In this document: positions 13,846 through 26,053 of the stretch, piece after piece | How positions within the stretch are numbered: the first letter of the stretch is position 1 | How the letters are laid out: the number at the start of each line of letters is the position of its first letter | Assembly: GCF_001194135.2 (NCBI RefSeq) | Contig: NC_068995.1 | Coordinates: forward strand, 29,939,321 to 30,003,320 | Direction of reading: 5' to 3' | Length of the DNA stretch: 64,000 nucleotides | Source of the DNA: Octopus bimaculoides | Lineage: Eukaryota | The notes under the pieces: model-generated | Told to the model about the DNA's origin: nothing | The model's database searches: none | The model's input: the letters and a program-made list of their open reading frames with translations, nothing else | Translations under genes and position numbers: made by a program

Positions 13846-13846
<1 letters not shown>

Positions 13847-14437
13847 CCTGTCTGACATCAAACCGCTGCTGCTGTCTCTTATTTGACTATGACAACACAC
13901 ACATCACCCATCATAAATCTTCACAAAGCCATAGAGCTGTTATGAAAAATAATTAAGAATTTTTACTTTCATCTATAACTTTATCAAACTTTTTTTGTTA
14001 TTTGTTTCATTTATTTTTATTATTTTTGTTTTTATCCTTTCCCTTTTTTCTTTCTTTTCATTATCTCAACCCCTTCACATTTTCTCTCCACAATAAATTT
14101 AATTCTTTTCCCCTCCTTATCTGTTTCTTTTTTTCATCATTATTTATGCTTATATATTTATCTGTAGTCCCTCCCCACGAAAGAATGGCTCCAATCTCAT
14201 GACTTTGTGAAGTGGTAGTAGTAGCATTAGGATGAGGACGTGCTAAACGACAATGTTAATTGGTGTCATATGTCATCATATGTGTTCAGCTTTGTTGTAC
14301 ATCCCAGCTGTTTATTGGAAATCTATTTAAACAAGGCAGCCTGTCGTTCCAGCCCTCTGTTGCAAGTACCAAAGATATTTCTCGGTTGAAACTATCCTCT
14401 CTGTGTCACTGTCTTTGTCTCTGTCTCCTTCTGTCTG

Positions 14438-14484
<47 letters not shown>

Positions 14485-14520
14485 GTCAGTCTGTCTGTCT
14501 GCCTGTCTGTTTGTCTGTTC

Positions 14521-14572
<52 letters not shown>

Positions 14573-14574
14573 GC

Positions 14575-14895
14575 GATGGCGCGTGACTTAGTGGTTAGGG
14601 TATTCAGCTCACCATCGTGAGGTCGTGAGTTCGATTCCTGGCGGTGCGTTATACCCTTGAGCATGACATTTTATTTCTCATTGCTCTAGTTCATTCAGCT
14701 GGCAAAAATGAATTGTACCTGTAATTTAAAAGGCCAACTATGTCACATTCTGTGTCATGTTGAATCTCTCTGAGAACTACGTGAATAGTACGCGAGTCTA
14801 TGGAGTGCTCAGCCTCTTGCACTTCAATTTCACGAGCATGCTGTTTCATTGATCGCATCAACTAAAACACTTGTCGCCATAATTGACGATGCAAT
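14575..14895 (+). mobile_element. tRNA-derived SINE, family C
   Basis: A-box-like tggcgcgtgacttagtggttagg and B-box gagttcgattcc, then a body whose 3' part recurs at about 46905-47025; preceded by (TATC)n. Confidence 0.75.
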
Positions 14896-15344
14896 AAGAT
14901 ACAATAACAGTTTATTGACATTGAAACTTACATACTTTTTCCCATATTGAAGTTGCGAAAAAATTCGATAAGCTGATAGTTTCTATATAGTTCACTATTA
15001 GCAACTAATGCTGCTAGAATGCGAATGAAAATCCAAATTGAAGGAGTGAAACAGGTGAGTTCATTGTGTTGTGACTGACTTAGAAATTCAATGCGACAAT
15101 GTAATTTTCATTAAAGTAATCTTAGCTTGATGATTAACTACCTTGAGTAGAGTTCATTGCATAACAATTCCATCATGAGCTTCAGCTAGTTGAGAAATGT
15201 ATGTAGCGTACATTTTACATGTTGCACTTTCTCAATTTAGATGTGTGTGTGTGTGTGTGTGTATGCAAGTACGTACGCATGTATACATGTATGTATGTAT
15301 GTATGTGTGTATGTATGCATGCATGCATGCATGCATGTATGTGT

Positions 15345-17306
15345 GTCATTATTAAGTTTTATTTCAAGATTTCTTGCCAATAGAGAAAGAGCTGGTTTCT
15401 AACCTAGATCCAAGGCTCCTTCATATGTATGTATGTGTGTATGTATGTATGTATGTATGTATGTATGTATCTATGTATGACATTGCTCAGTTTTATTTCA
15501 AGATTTCTTGCCAATAGAGAAAGAGCCGCATTCTAACCTAGATTCAAAGCTCCTTCATTGGAATTTCAGCATCAATAACAGGGTATTTTTGTATGTATGT
15601 ATGTATGTATGTATGTATGTATGTATGTATGTATGTATGTATGTATGTATGTGCAGATTTGTATGTTTTATGTATGTATTCTCATGCATATAGTTGCATA
15701 TCTAGACATGCTCATATATACGTAAATGATAACCTTCTGGAAAGCTTTACAGATTTTTACAATTCCGGTGGTGGATTGGATCTGTAGTCTTCGAATTAAC
15801 TTTCTCCTTCCTGGTTTTGAGAAGCCTAATTTCTCAAGATTGGTATTTACGCAGTGTGTTACGTATCTCAGGACCCCAATAATTATAGGTATACACATGA
15901 ACTTGTAATGCAGGTAGAGTAACTGCAGATTTTTCAGTAGTTCAGCGTAGGTATTTTCTTTTTCACTGATCTTAAGCTTTATGTTAACATCCGCTGGGCA
16001 GGTAATTTCCACAGTTGTACACAGTTTCTTTTCTCTATCCCAAATCATAATATCAGGTCTGTTATGCTACATTTTATTGAGGTCTTCAGTGGGACATTCC
16101 ACCAGTACTCCTTTTCATCATGAGTGACTATGGCTTCTACCATACTGTAGGTCCTTGTTTCTTTGTCCTTGAGGATATCCTTTCGACAGATTTCCTTATA
16201 GAATGTCCTAGCTACATCATGTCCCATCGATAGATAATACTATGATGACATATTCGGACAACTGCTTATGATGCGGGTGATACCTTCGGTGTTAACTCCA
16301 CAAAGTCTGCATCAGTTGTCACATTTGACTGCTTTTCTTGCATCTCTATCCCTTTTGTACATCAGGTATTTGGTTGATATTTTCTGTTCCTGGATTGTAA
16401 ACGCATGCACTTCAAAGTGAGAGGTAGTAATCCGGCTAGATAATTCATGATAGACTGCTTTGATGATCAATGTTAATATCATCTCGGAGTTTTCTACTAA
16501 CGTATCCATGCATAGTCTTCTGCTTATATAGGCTCATCCTTTCATCAGATGATACGTTACGGTAGAGTTGTGCGACTTCTATGGGCGTATATTTTAGGTT
16601 ATCAGACAAGGAATGATACTCAAGGAGCTGCATTCCAAGTCTTATGATGTTGTCAGCCTCATGTATGCAAACTTGGTCAAGAGATGCACTTCGACACTTG
16701 GTGGTTAAAAGATATTGCCGAAGGGATATAATACGACGTCCAAAAGCATTTTGAATCGACGTTAAGCCTCTGCCGCCTTGTTTTCATTTTAGATAGAGGC
16801 GTTCTATATCACTGTTTATGAGGAAATTTTGTGTGCTTGTTAGTATTTTTCAAGTTTTTGCATTAATGGCTCTGATTTCATCAAGCGTTCAATCAAGAAG
16901 CCCAAATGTTGGTATGAGTACTGGCACTGCAAACTCATTGTGGGCCACTGTTTTATTGAATGCAGAGAGTTCTGAGGTCCAAATTTTCTTTATTTGGCTG
17001 TAATATTCTTTAGTGACACGTGTTTTGTTACAGGAGCCATTGTAAGATGTGTTTTCATGCACCCCTAGATAGATGTAACATTCCTCGTCAGATTGATGGA
17101 GATGTTGCTAGTCAGGTTTATAGTTTTGCCCCTTTTCACAACCATATAACATCTATCCTAACCAAGCTCCAACCCTACAACCTTTGAGAATGTTGTAACT
17201 AGATCAAGGCTCTTTACCATCTCATGCATATTCTTTGCATAAAGTTTCAAGTCATCCACAAAGGAACTGTATGTAATTTTGGTATTTCTGTTTCCTTGTG
17301 AACCAA
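15345..17306 (-). mobile_element. 5'-truncated R4/Dong-clade non-LTR retrotransposon (RT C-terminus, zinc knuckle, RLE, 3' UTR)
   Basis: ITYSSFVDDLKLYAK, ECYIYLG, KQGGRGL, CRLCGVNTEGITRIISSCP..HDVA, WWNVPLK, VEITCPADVNIKLKISEKENTYAEL..IPIIIG. Multiple stops; the 3' UTR end is duplicated (15345-15421 and 15478-15590). Confidence 0.88.
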
Positions 17307-17451
17307 TGTATGTATTTGTGTATGTATTTGTGTATGTATTTGTGTATGTATTTGTGTATGTATGTATGTATTTGTGTATGTATTTGTGTATGTATTTGTG
17401 TATGTATGTATGTATTTGTGTATGTATTTGTGTATGTATTTGTGTATGTAT

Positions 17452-17678
17452 GCACGGTTGCGTGCTAAGAGCTTACTTCCTAACCACACAGTTCTGGGAT
17501 CAGTTCCACAGCGTGGTATATTGGGCAAATGTCTTCTATTATAGGCTCGGGTCGACCAAAGCCTTGTGAATGGATTTGGTAGACGGAAATAGAAGGAAGC
17601 TCGTCGTATATATCTATATGCGTGTTTCTTTGTGGCTGTATTTGTCCCCACCCACCGCTTAGCAACCAGTGTTGGTGT

Positions 17679-17680
<2 letters not shown>
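17452..17680 (+). mobile_element. SINE family B, degenerate copy
   Basis: ttgggcaaatgtcttctattataggctcgggtcgaccaaagccttgtgaatggatttggtagacggaaa matches the family B core. Confidence 0.8.
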
Positions 17681-17745
<65 letters not shown>

Positions 17746-18494
17746 TTATAAGCACGCACATATACTGTATATGTACGCGCAGAAAGACTGACATAAACAC
17801 AAGTATATTTGTATAGGAGAGTATACATATATATATATATATACTCTTTTAGATTATTATGTATTTTATTCATTGGACCTCAATGCTAGTTTTTAAGTCT
17901 GGTACTTATTCTAGCGGGTCTTTTGCTGAGTTGCTAAGTCATAGGCTCGTACACAAACCAACAACGCTTGTCAAGCTGTTCTGGGACACAAACACAAACA
18001 CATACATGCATATATATATATATACACATATACATTACACAGGTGAGAACAAGAGATTGCTCAATATAGAAAACACATAATAGTGTTCAAATGATTTGAA
18101 CATACTCATCAAAATCTTTACCAAGAACTAAGACTGCGAGGTTATAAATGGAATCCGGTTGAGTTGATATGGAGCTAGTGATGCAAATAAACACGCTTGG
18201 GATTTATATATAAAATAAACATACATACACACATGTAAATATACATAGGGATATGTTGAGAGAGATAAGCAAAAACTGAAAATATGCGGATGAACACTCT
18301 TGTATAAGCATAGAGATATATTTACATTATTCTCAGAATAAATTTATGTGGAGCACAAAAAATACAGAAAATTACCGGCCACAGCCTTTGGACTGAGACA
18401 TATAAAAGAATAAAAACTAAAGGGAGAAGGTAAGTCGGCGATCTTTCCACCCTAACAATTGAGACCTGCTTACGATAATGTTTACATGCATCCA

Positions 18495-18700
18495 CTACTC
18501 CTTTTTACTCTTTTACTTGTTTCACTCATTTGACTGTAGCCATGCAGGAGCACCGCCTTGACGGGTTTTAGTCGAACGAATCCACCCCAGGATTTATTCT
18601 TTGTAAGCCAAGTACTTTTCTATTGGTCTCTTTGCCGAACCGCTAAGTTACAGGAACGTAAATACACCAACACTGGTTGTCAAGCATTGATAGGGGACAA
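18495..18700 (-). mobile_element. SINE family B, 3' half
   Basis: Reverse complement of the 3' part of 39297-39680 (aacttagcggttcggcaaa, ggcggtgctcc-gcatggc, aaacaagtaaaagagt). Confidence 0.8.
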
Positions 18701-21007
18701 TGTAACGGAAGTTACATTAATCTGTTAACGTTAACTTTTATTGAAAAAAGGCATAATTACAGTTTACTACCCCACCGACTTCCAGAAAAATGAATACTTT
18801 TTAACGAAACTTTCACCAAATAATCGCTTATATTCTGTAGATTGAGGATATGTAAAGATTTGTTGGAAAAACTTTCCGAGGGGTTGGGGAGAGAAGTTTC
18901 GGAAAATTCATAGGACCCGACATTTTCCCCCTCATAACTTGCTGGGTATTTTTGAATGAAATTTTACTCAAATACCTTTCAAACGGTGTAAATTACGACT
19001 ACAAAGAAATTTGTAAGCAACAGTTTTGAAAGGGGGAGGAGAGGGGAGGAATTTCTCCGTTTTGTTTTTCACCAGTCTTCAGAAAGATGGGAGGTATTTT
19101 TTCACTCCCGCCACCCCCTTACTACCCCAGTCCGAAATGATTTTGGCCATTTTTTTTTCACTATGCACTAAAACCCGCGAGAGAAACGCTTTAGGTTTGA
19201 AAAGTAAATTTTAATAATTTCAGAGGACAATTTGTGATTTAAGGGAGATTTGGCTGTTGTTTCTAGCACATCTCAAAACTTCCTTCTTCGTTTCTTTGTC
19301 ACTCACACATCTATTGATATTTTTCAATATTTTTCTCCCATAAACAAATTTTATGGAACGATGATGTCAAAGTAACAGACGTGTAGTTCCAACCGAGCGA
19401 GGCGCTGTTATGCGTGTGTTTAAGAAAACAAAACCCTAAAAACATCTTTCGTGTTCGTATTAATCTGTCAAATGTAATGCTTATTTGTTCACGTCATTTT
19501 GGATTATTCAGGTTCAAGAGAGATGTCCACAATATTTGCATGTAACTTTGTAAATTTTTTACATACAGATTTGAAGTTTTGTCACTGGGTGCTTTATATA
19601 CCACTAGTTTATAGTTATGTAATTTTAGCTGATCTTGCTGAGTAAATTTGACTTTTATGGGCAGGTAAATTTAATTAACAGGTGTAAAAGCAATAACATT
19701 ATGGATAAACACTAAAACTGAAATTCTAAATGCATCTTACCTGTTTGATTAGTTACTAAAATTATCCCAGATGGCAACCAACAAAAATTTTGCCACTTTT
19801 CAAGATGAAGTACATTAATTTGAATTAATTAAAATACAGATATAATCGGTACAAGATTTTATTCTTTCGGTAAATATTTCGTACTTCAGTGTGGAATAAT
19901 TTTTATTCCACAGTTTTTTTCCGGGTGCATTCAAGATATCTACCCTCCAAACTCGCTGCAAGCCACCTTTTTCCGGAAAAGAAAGGTGGGAAGGATGGTG
20001 GGGACCTCGAAGTTTTTCACCAAGGGAGCTTTGTTTCACGAGTCTTTTTTTCTTTTCCAGGGTATGTTGCATGATTTCAACGAATGTGACATGGAAATCA
20101 CGCGTAAACAACTCCTTTTTTCCAAAACAGAAAAGATTTGGGTGCTATTTCTAGCATTGCTTGCTGCCGCATAACAGCTTTTTGCGTTCACACCGAAATA
20201 CCAACTTTTTTCCTTCCATTTATTTTTTCCACTTTATGAAAGTCAATATTTTCTCTGTTGACATCTACCTCAGCGAGGACACGGATCAAGTGGAAACATC
20301 AATCACTGTTCCCTCTTGACAGGACAAAGAAATTTCCCGTTGTCTTTGCAAGCAACAAGCGGATGAATTTGGTTTCAAATCCAAGCAGGGCCAAACGAGG
20401 TCCTACAAATTATTTAGGATAATAAGTGGCGTTATATCGGGGTTGAAACAATGACGCGTAGAATATTAAATATGCTAAAGCAATCTGAAAGCAATAGAAA
20501 CTTTTAAACGTTTACCGGTTTTTATGAAATTTTTGGATTAACGGACTTGAGTTTAACGGAAGCTAGATGTAATGGAAGTTAATTAGTGCGATAATGATTT
20601 TCAAAGTTAACTTTAAAGTTAAATCGCTAGCGTAAATGTTAACTTCGTTAATTAACGATTAACAGATTAACGGACTTACACCCAGCTCTGTATATATTTA
20701 TTTATTTATTTATTTATGTGTTTCAGCCAAGTGGCTGCGGTCATGCTGGTGCATATATAAAGTAGTTGTATACTGTCAACTTAACGTGACAGTCCCAGTA
20801 AGGGAATCATACTACTGCTATTTAGCCCTAGGAAGCTGGACCGCTTCCTGTCGGCCTTGACATATTTCTTGTGTCCTTATGTTTAAAAGGGGAAGACAAG
20901 CACCTCCACCCAGCCTAACCTGCATTCAGGAACATGTTTCTGAGTTTTGCATGACTAGCTGCTTAAGTCGTCGTTGTTGTTGTTGTTGTTATTATTATTA
21001 TTAATAA

Positions 21008-21059
<52 letters not shown>

Positions 21060-22800
21060 GCAGGGTCACTACTCTCACCCAGAAATGAGCCTAGAGGAAG
21101 GTAGTCTTGAATGGTCGTGCAGAGATGGCTAACGCGTACATCGCGCACGCCATCTACTACCGCTTGACCGCCGTACCTTGTCCCGACTATCGCCTGATTA
21201 CGCTGGAGAGTATACTCTTCCGCTTCTTGTGAAAGGGATGCGTCCCGATGGTCAGGCGATCCATCTGTTGTCAACTCCCGCAGCGTGGTGGCTTGGGCAT
21301 GCCGTGGTTGATGATGCACAGACATGCACTGAAGTTACGACATCTCCAATACTTCCTTGATGCTGAACAGGNNNNNNNNNNNNNNNNNNNNNNNNNNNNN
21401 NNNNNNNNNNNNNNNNNNNNNNNNNNNNNNNNNNNNNNNNNNNNNNNNNNNNNNNNNNNNNNNNNNNNNNNNNNNNNNNNNNNNNNNNNNNNNNNNNNNN
21501 NNNNNNAAGTGGAATATCTTTAAGCGCTCACAGCCCTATGCCAGTCGGACACTGTGTTAGGTGGAACGTCCATTTTAGTTTTCTGCAGAGCAAAGGTTCT
21601 CAACCTACAAAATATTTTTATTTTTCATTATGCTACTTATTTTGATATCAGCATATAATTATTAAAAAATAAAGGATATCATTTTACATATGCGCTTGTA
21701 TGCAATTCGGAGTACAAATATACTAATTGAAATGCAAAAGAAAAAAACTAAATAATAAATGGTCTTACGAATGAAAGTTTGGTAATTGTTTTTATTTCCA
21801 CTACGTGACACGTTTTGGAGGTTTCACTTTAGCGACACCAGTTACACATGGTACCAGGAATTTGCTTAGTGTCGTCAAAGTGGAAAAAGTGTTTTTTAAG
21901 TTTTTGAATATTTGAAACAAAAAGGCATCGTTTTTTAAACTGACTGTCGCAGAATGTGAAAATATGGCTACTACTCATTAATTTCAAATTAAACTCACCA
22001 AAGTTGAGAGTCTTCCCCTAGCGCCCCCAAGTCTTTTAACGACCTCCTAGTACCCCTTTGCTCCAACACCTCTCGGGCTCCAGATGGCCCCTGGGGTGCT
22101 TAGGTTCCGGTTGAGAACTCTACAGTGTAGAGGATTAGTGGAGAGAAAGTGAGACGATGTTCCTGGAGAGACCTTGGGTGTCGAAGATCAGCTAACCGCG
22201 CTTTTCCGAAGAACTTTTGGCCTGGGACCGATGGATAAGCTCCAAAAATCTCTGACCTGGCAGTGCTACCGGGGAGCTTTGCTCGTTCGAGATGAACTTT
22301 GCAGGCACAGAAGTGCCGTCATCCAAGCGTGTCCAAGTTACGCACAGGACGACGTGATTGTCCTGCACTGGACTGCGTCCAGTGCCTTAGCATTGCTGAC
22401 CAGTGGATTTATGTCGAACATTTACTGTCGCATGTAGGACGAATCTGGCTGTTAACTGAATCCATCGGGAAGTTCACCTCGCCGCCTTCCTTTAACCGGG
22501 AAGGAAAGGCCATGTTTATATACCTGGTGGCCAATGCGAGATTGAAGGGGCTGAAGACAAAAACATTTCTCTTTGACCAATTCCTGATCAACTTCTTCAA
22601 GTTTCACTTGAAAAGGTAAATAAGGGCAGAGAGGGAAGTGTTGTCTTCTAACCAGTTCGCTGAAAGGTGGATAAAAGTGGTGAGAAGGATGCAAGTGAAC
22701 GGGCCTGCCCTGAGCATAAGCCTGTAATTGGAAAAAAAGGAAAGGAAAAAGGTACCTGCCCCAAAAGTCAGGATACCCATGGCTTTTTATGGAGTTTTCC
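21060..22800 (+). mobile_element. L1/Tx1-clade LINE 3' remnant, interrupted by a gap and a DNA-transposon insertion
   Basis: ANAYIAHAIYYRLTAVPCP..VRRSICCQLPQRGGLGMP, then QKSLTWQCYRGALLVRDELCRH..CP..(H)..C.SIADQWIYVEHLL (zf-RVT-like region) and a terminal EFAERW-like segment. Confidence 0.75.
21591..22124. mobile_element. hAT (Charlie-like) non-autonomous element
   Basis: Imperfect TIRs caaaggttctcaacc / ggttgagaactcta; degenerate 8-bp TSD ctgcagag / gtgtagag; removing it rejoins the Tx1 reading frame. Confidence 0.5.
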
Positions 22801-22986
22801 ATGAGCATCCCTCTAACACCTCCATCCTATTGGGGATTACACATTGTTGAATTTTTTTTTCCATGCTAAACTTGTCTACACAGAAAACTCTCACAACACA
22901 CTCACACACATACAGACACATTCTTTGTTTTGTTCTTTACTGTACATAATGTTTTTCTTAATGTAACCCCTTTGTGGTTAATAAAG

Positions 22987-23032
<46 letters not shown>

Positions 23033-23044
23033 TATTATTATTGA

Positions 23045-23585
23045 GAGAGCAGCGCATGCCATCAAAGTGACACTGGGGTAAAATATAAGAAACTCCTTAT
23101 ACCCATCATGACTACCCGTCTGATAAGGGTACACCAGGCCCATGCATCACAACCATATGTGCGCGACATGGTGATCTCATATCAAGATAAACAGTGAATG
23201 ACTTCACAGGTGGGGCCCAGTTAGAATTTTCTTCAGGTCGAGTAGCCCATCCCTTTCAAAAGGTCCCTGAATAAGGTTTGTTTAAGGATGTTGAGCAAAA
23301 CACCCATGTTTCCAAAGGTGAATTATTCAAACCCCAAAGAATTCTTCTCAACACATGGCTATGATGCTCCCCCACTACTTCTGCTCATGATCAGAGATGC
23401 ACATATCGTCAGCCACCAAGGGACATGCTCAACTTTTTAAGGTCAAACAACTGACAAGCAAATCTGTGGTATCAAGCAGAATATTTGCTGTAGCCCCTCT
23501 TTTATACGAAGACAAAACAATGTACATGATAACACTTCCAATCAGTTAAGATCAGAAGCCATGAGAGCCACTGCCTGGTACTGCA
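23045..23585 (-). repeat. Unclassified ~540-bp interspersed repeat with triplet (AAT/GAT)n tail
   Basis: Highly similar to 36633-36958 and, inverted, to 41345-41468; the triplet tract lies at the same end in two copies. Confidence 0.8.
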
Positions 23586-24263
23586 GAGTTCTTTTGTTAC
23601 ACATTCCGTTACCTCTCCAATGACTTTCTGTTCCTCGTGATATGATATCAATTCTAATAATTTAATATTAAACTGAAAGATTAATCAATACATTTTAATG
23701 AAATATGTGTATTTAACTTTCACAAGGAAAAGACTAATAACGTCTTTGAAGTTTTGGCTTTTTCACCTTCTTCAGACTGTAGATAGTTTTTGTTTTTGTT
23801 TTCTAATCTGTTTATACCTTTACATTACAAACGTACATTTATTTCACATTGATTTATTTTTCTTAATTTTTTTTTTTTTTGCCAACTAAAATGTCTACAA
23901 ATAATTCACCATAATAGATATTTTCCAAATTCTTTAATAAAACCGTTCCTCTCAAAGGAGTGAGCACATTCGAAGAATACAAGAAGTTAAAGAAAATTAT
24001 TTTCTTTGCAACACACACACACACACACACATGCACACACACGCACATACACACACACATACACATACACATACACACACGCACACACATACACAAACAC
24101 ACTAACATAGCTACATTCATATATACATACATACATGCCTACTCAGCTATACTCGCATATACCGATGCAATCACAGGTCACATGAACACATACACAACTA
24201 AACTCGCATATATAAACACAAACATATGCAGCTATACTGACATATACACACATAGACAGCCAT

Positions 24264-24320
<57 letters not shown>

Positions 24321-24671
24321 AGTCATTCTCATATCCTTATGCACACGTACACGCTCTCATAAATGTTGCATTTCCTTTTTCAAGGCTTCTTTCACACTTC
24401 GGTGGCTTCTTGTTGATAATAATACCAAATTATAAGGATATCCTGGTTAACTGAATTTGTTAACACCTCTCACTTGCAATATTTTTTATATTGCAGGGAT
24501 GGTGGCGCAGTTTTGTTGAAACGGACTAATTGCAATTAAATGAATGTATGAAAGAAATTCACAAATAGTATTTGTAGGAATACAACTCAATTCATTTCAA
24601 AGCTTTCAGCAATTAGGAAATGCAGATGATGTTAAACCAATTTTAAGTTATTTATATATATTAAGACCGAA

Positions 24672-24886
24672 GGTAGCGAGCTGGCAGAATCGTTAGCATG
24701 TCCGGCAAAATGCTTAGCGACATTTCGTCTGTGTTTACGTTCTGAATTCAAATTCTTCCGCGGTCGACTGTGCCTTTCATCCTTTCGAGGTCAATAAAAT
24801 AAGTACCAGTTGAGCACTGGGGTTGATGTAATCGACGACTCCCCCCACTGCCCAAACTTGTTGGCCTTCTGCCAAAATTTGAAACC
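24672..24886 (+). mobile_element. tRNA-derived SINE, family A (head ggcggcgagctggcagaatcgttagc)
   Basis: Matches many copies in the window (40613, 48526, 53445, 59675, 60925). Confidence 0.85.
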
Positions 24887-26018
24887 TATATGTACTATGC
24901 GAATACAAGTAGAATATAACACATCCTTATTAACTCGATCTTGTTTTGTAAATTCAGTAAGTTAATAAATATATTCGTGGAAAATGAAGGCTTGTAAATG
25001 TCAAGAATTAGTGTAACAAAGATAAATCAGTCTTCACGTATTCTGTTTTTGCCGTAGGTTCACTGTCCTTCAATGAAAGTGATGTGTTTGAATGATGCTA
25101 TTTTGCTTAGAACTGTTGGACTTTAAAACTGTTATAATTTGTAGATGTTGGTAAGTTCATTGATTCTTTTCACGCCTCAAATGTTTTGGAAGTATGTTTA
25201 GGATTTTGCCTGGTCCTGCTTTTTGTTTTAGATTTTAGTTTTCCTTTTACTTCAAATCATAGTTTAAGCGAAAGTGCGTACTTTTTTCGCTTTGTACTTT
25301 GCCCACTTCTGGTGGATTCTTTCAAAAATATCTTAGAAAGGTGTTTTCTGGGTGTTTCAGTGTGAGTAGGTTATTTTTTATTATTTTTGCGGCATGGGGT
25401 CTTTGTTTCTGTCGTTGATGACGCTACTAAATACATTACATCGTGTTTTACAGTTTTTTTTTTTTTGAGGTTTATATTGGATACAAATATTTTCCAGTTT
25501 TATGTTTTCCATGATTTCTTTCTTTAATTTTTCTGCTACTTTGTTTTATTGTTATTTTTCTGTTATTTTGCTGTTTTGTTATTTGTGAGTTGTATTTTTT
25601 CAATTGTATGTGATGTTGGTGTGTCGTGTTTGAGGTTGGCTATTATGCCTAATTGGGCTCTATTTTTATGTTGCCTTATGGGATATGATTTGGGATTCAT
25701 CTATAATTATTTTCTTCCCCCATATCAGCTAGATATTTCTCTCTCCGTTAATTAGAAAAGAAAGTAATCACATGTCCAAATCCTATCATCTACCACTGGT
25801 CTACCATGATTGGTACATTCTGCATATTTTCTTCAAATGTATTTGTAAGTACATACGTACGCATAGACGCCCACACATATTCATGTAAGCATACACACAC
25901 ACACAAGTGCACAAACGCGCACACATACCTACATATTCACACGCAGACAAAATACAAACATTACACAATGCATGCAAAAACACCCAGAAACACACACGCA
26001 CAGACGCGCGCACACACG

Positions 26019-26053
<35 letters not shown>

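Noticed and set aside
14575-14645. tRNA-like sequence
   Set aside because: A and B boxes are present, but there is no complete cloverleaf and it continues into a repeat body, so it is a SINE head.
18705-20690. Possible ~2-kb TIR element (ttaatctgttaa subterminal motifs, right end acacccagctctg)
   Set aside because: The matching left TIR and TSD could not be found, so boundaries are unsupported.
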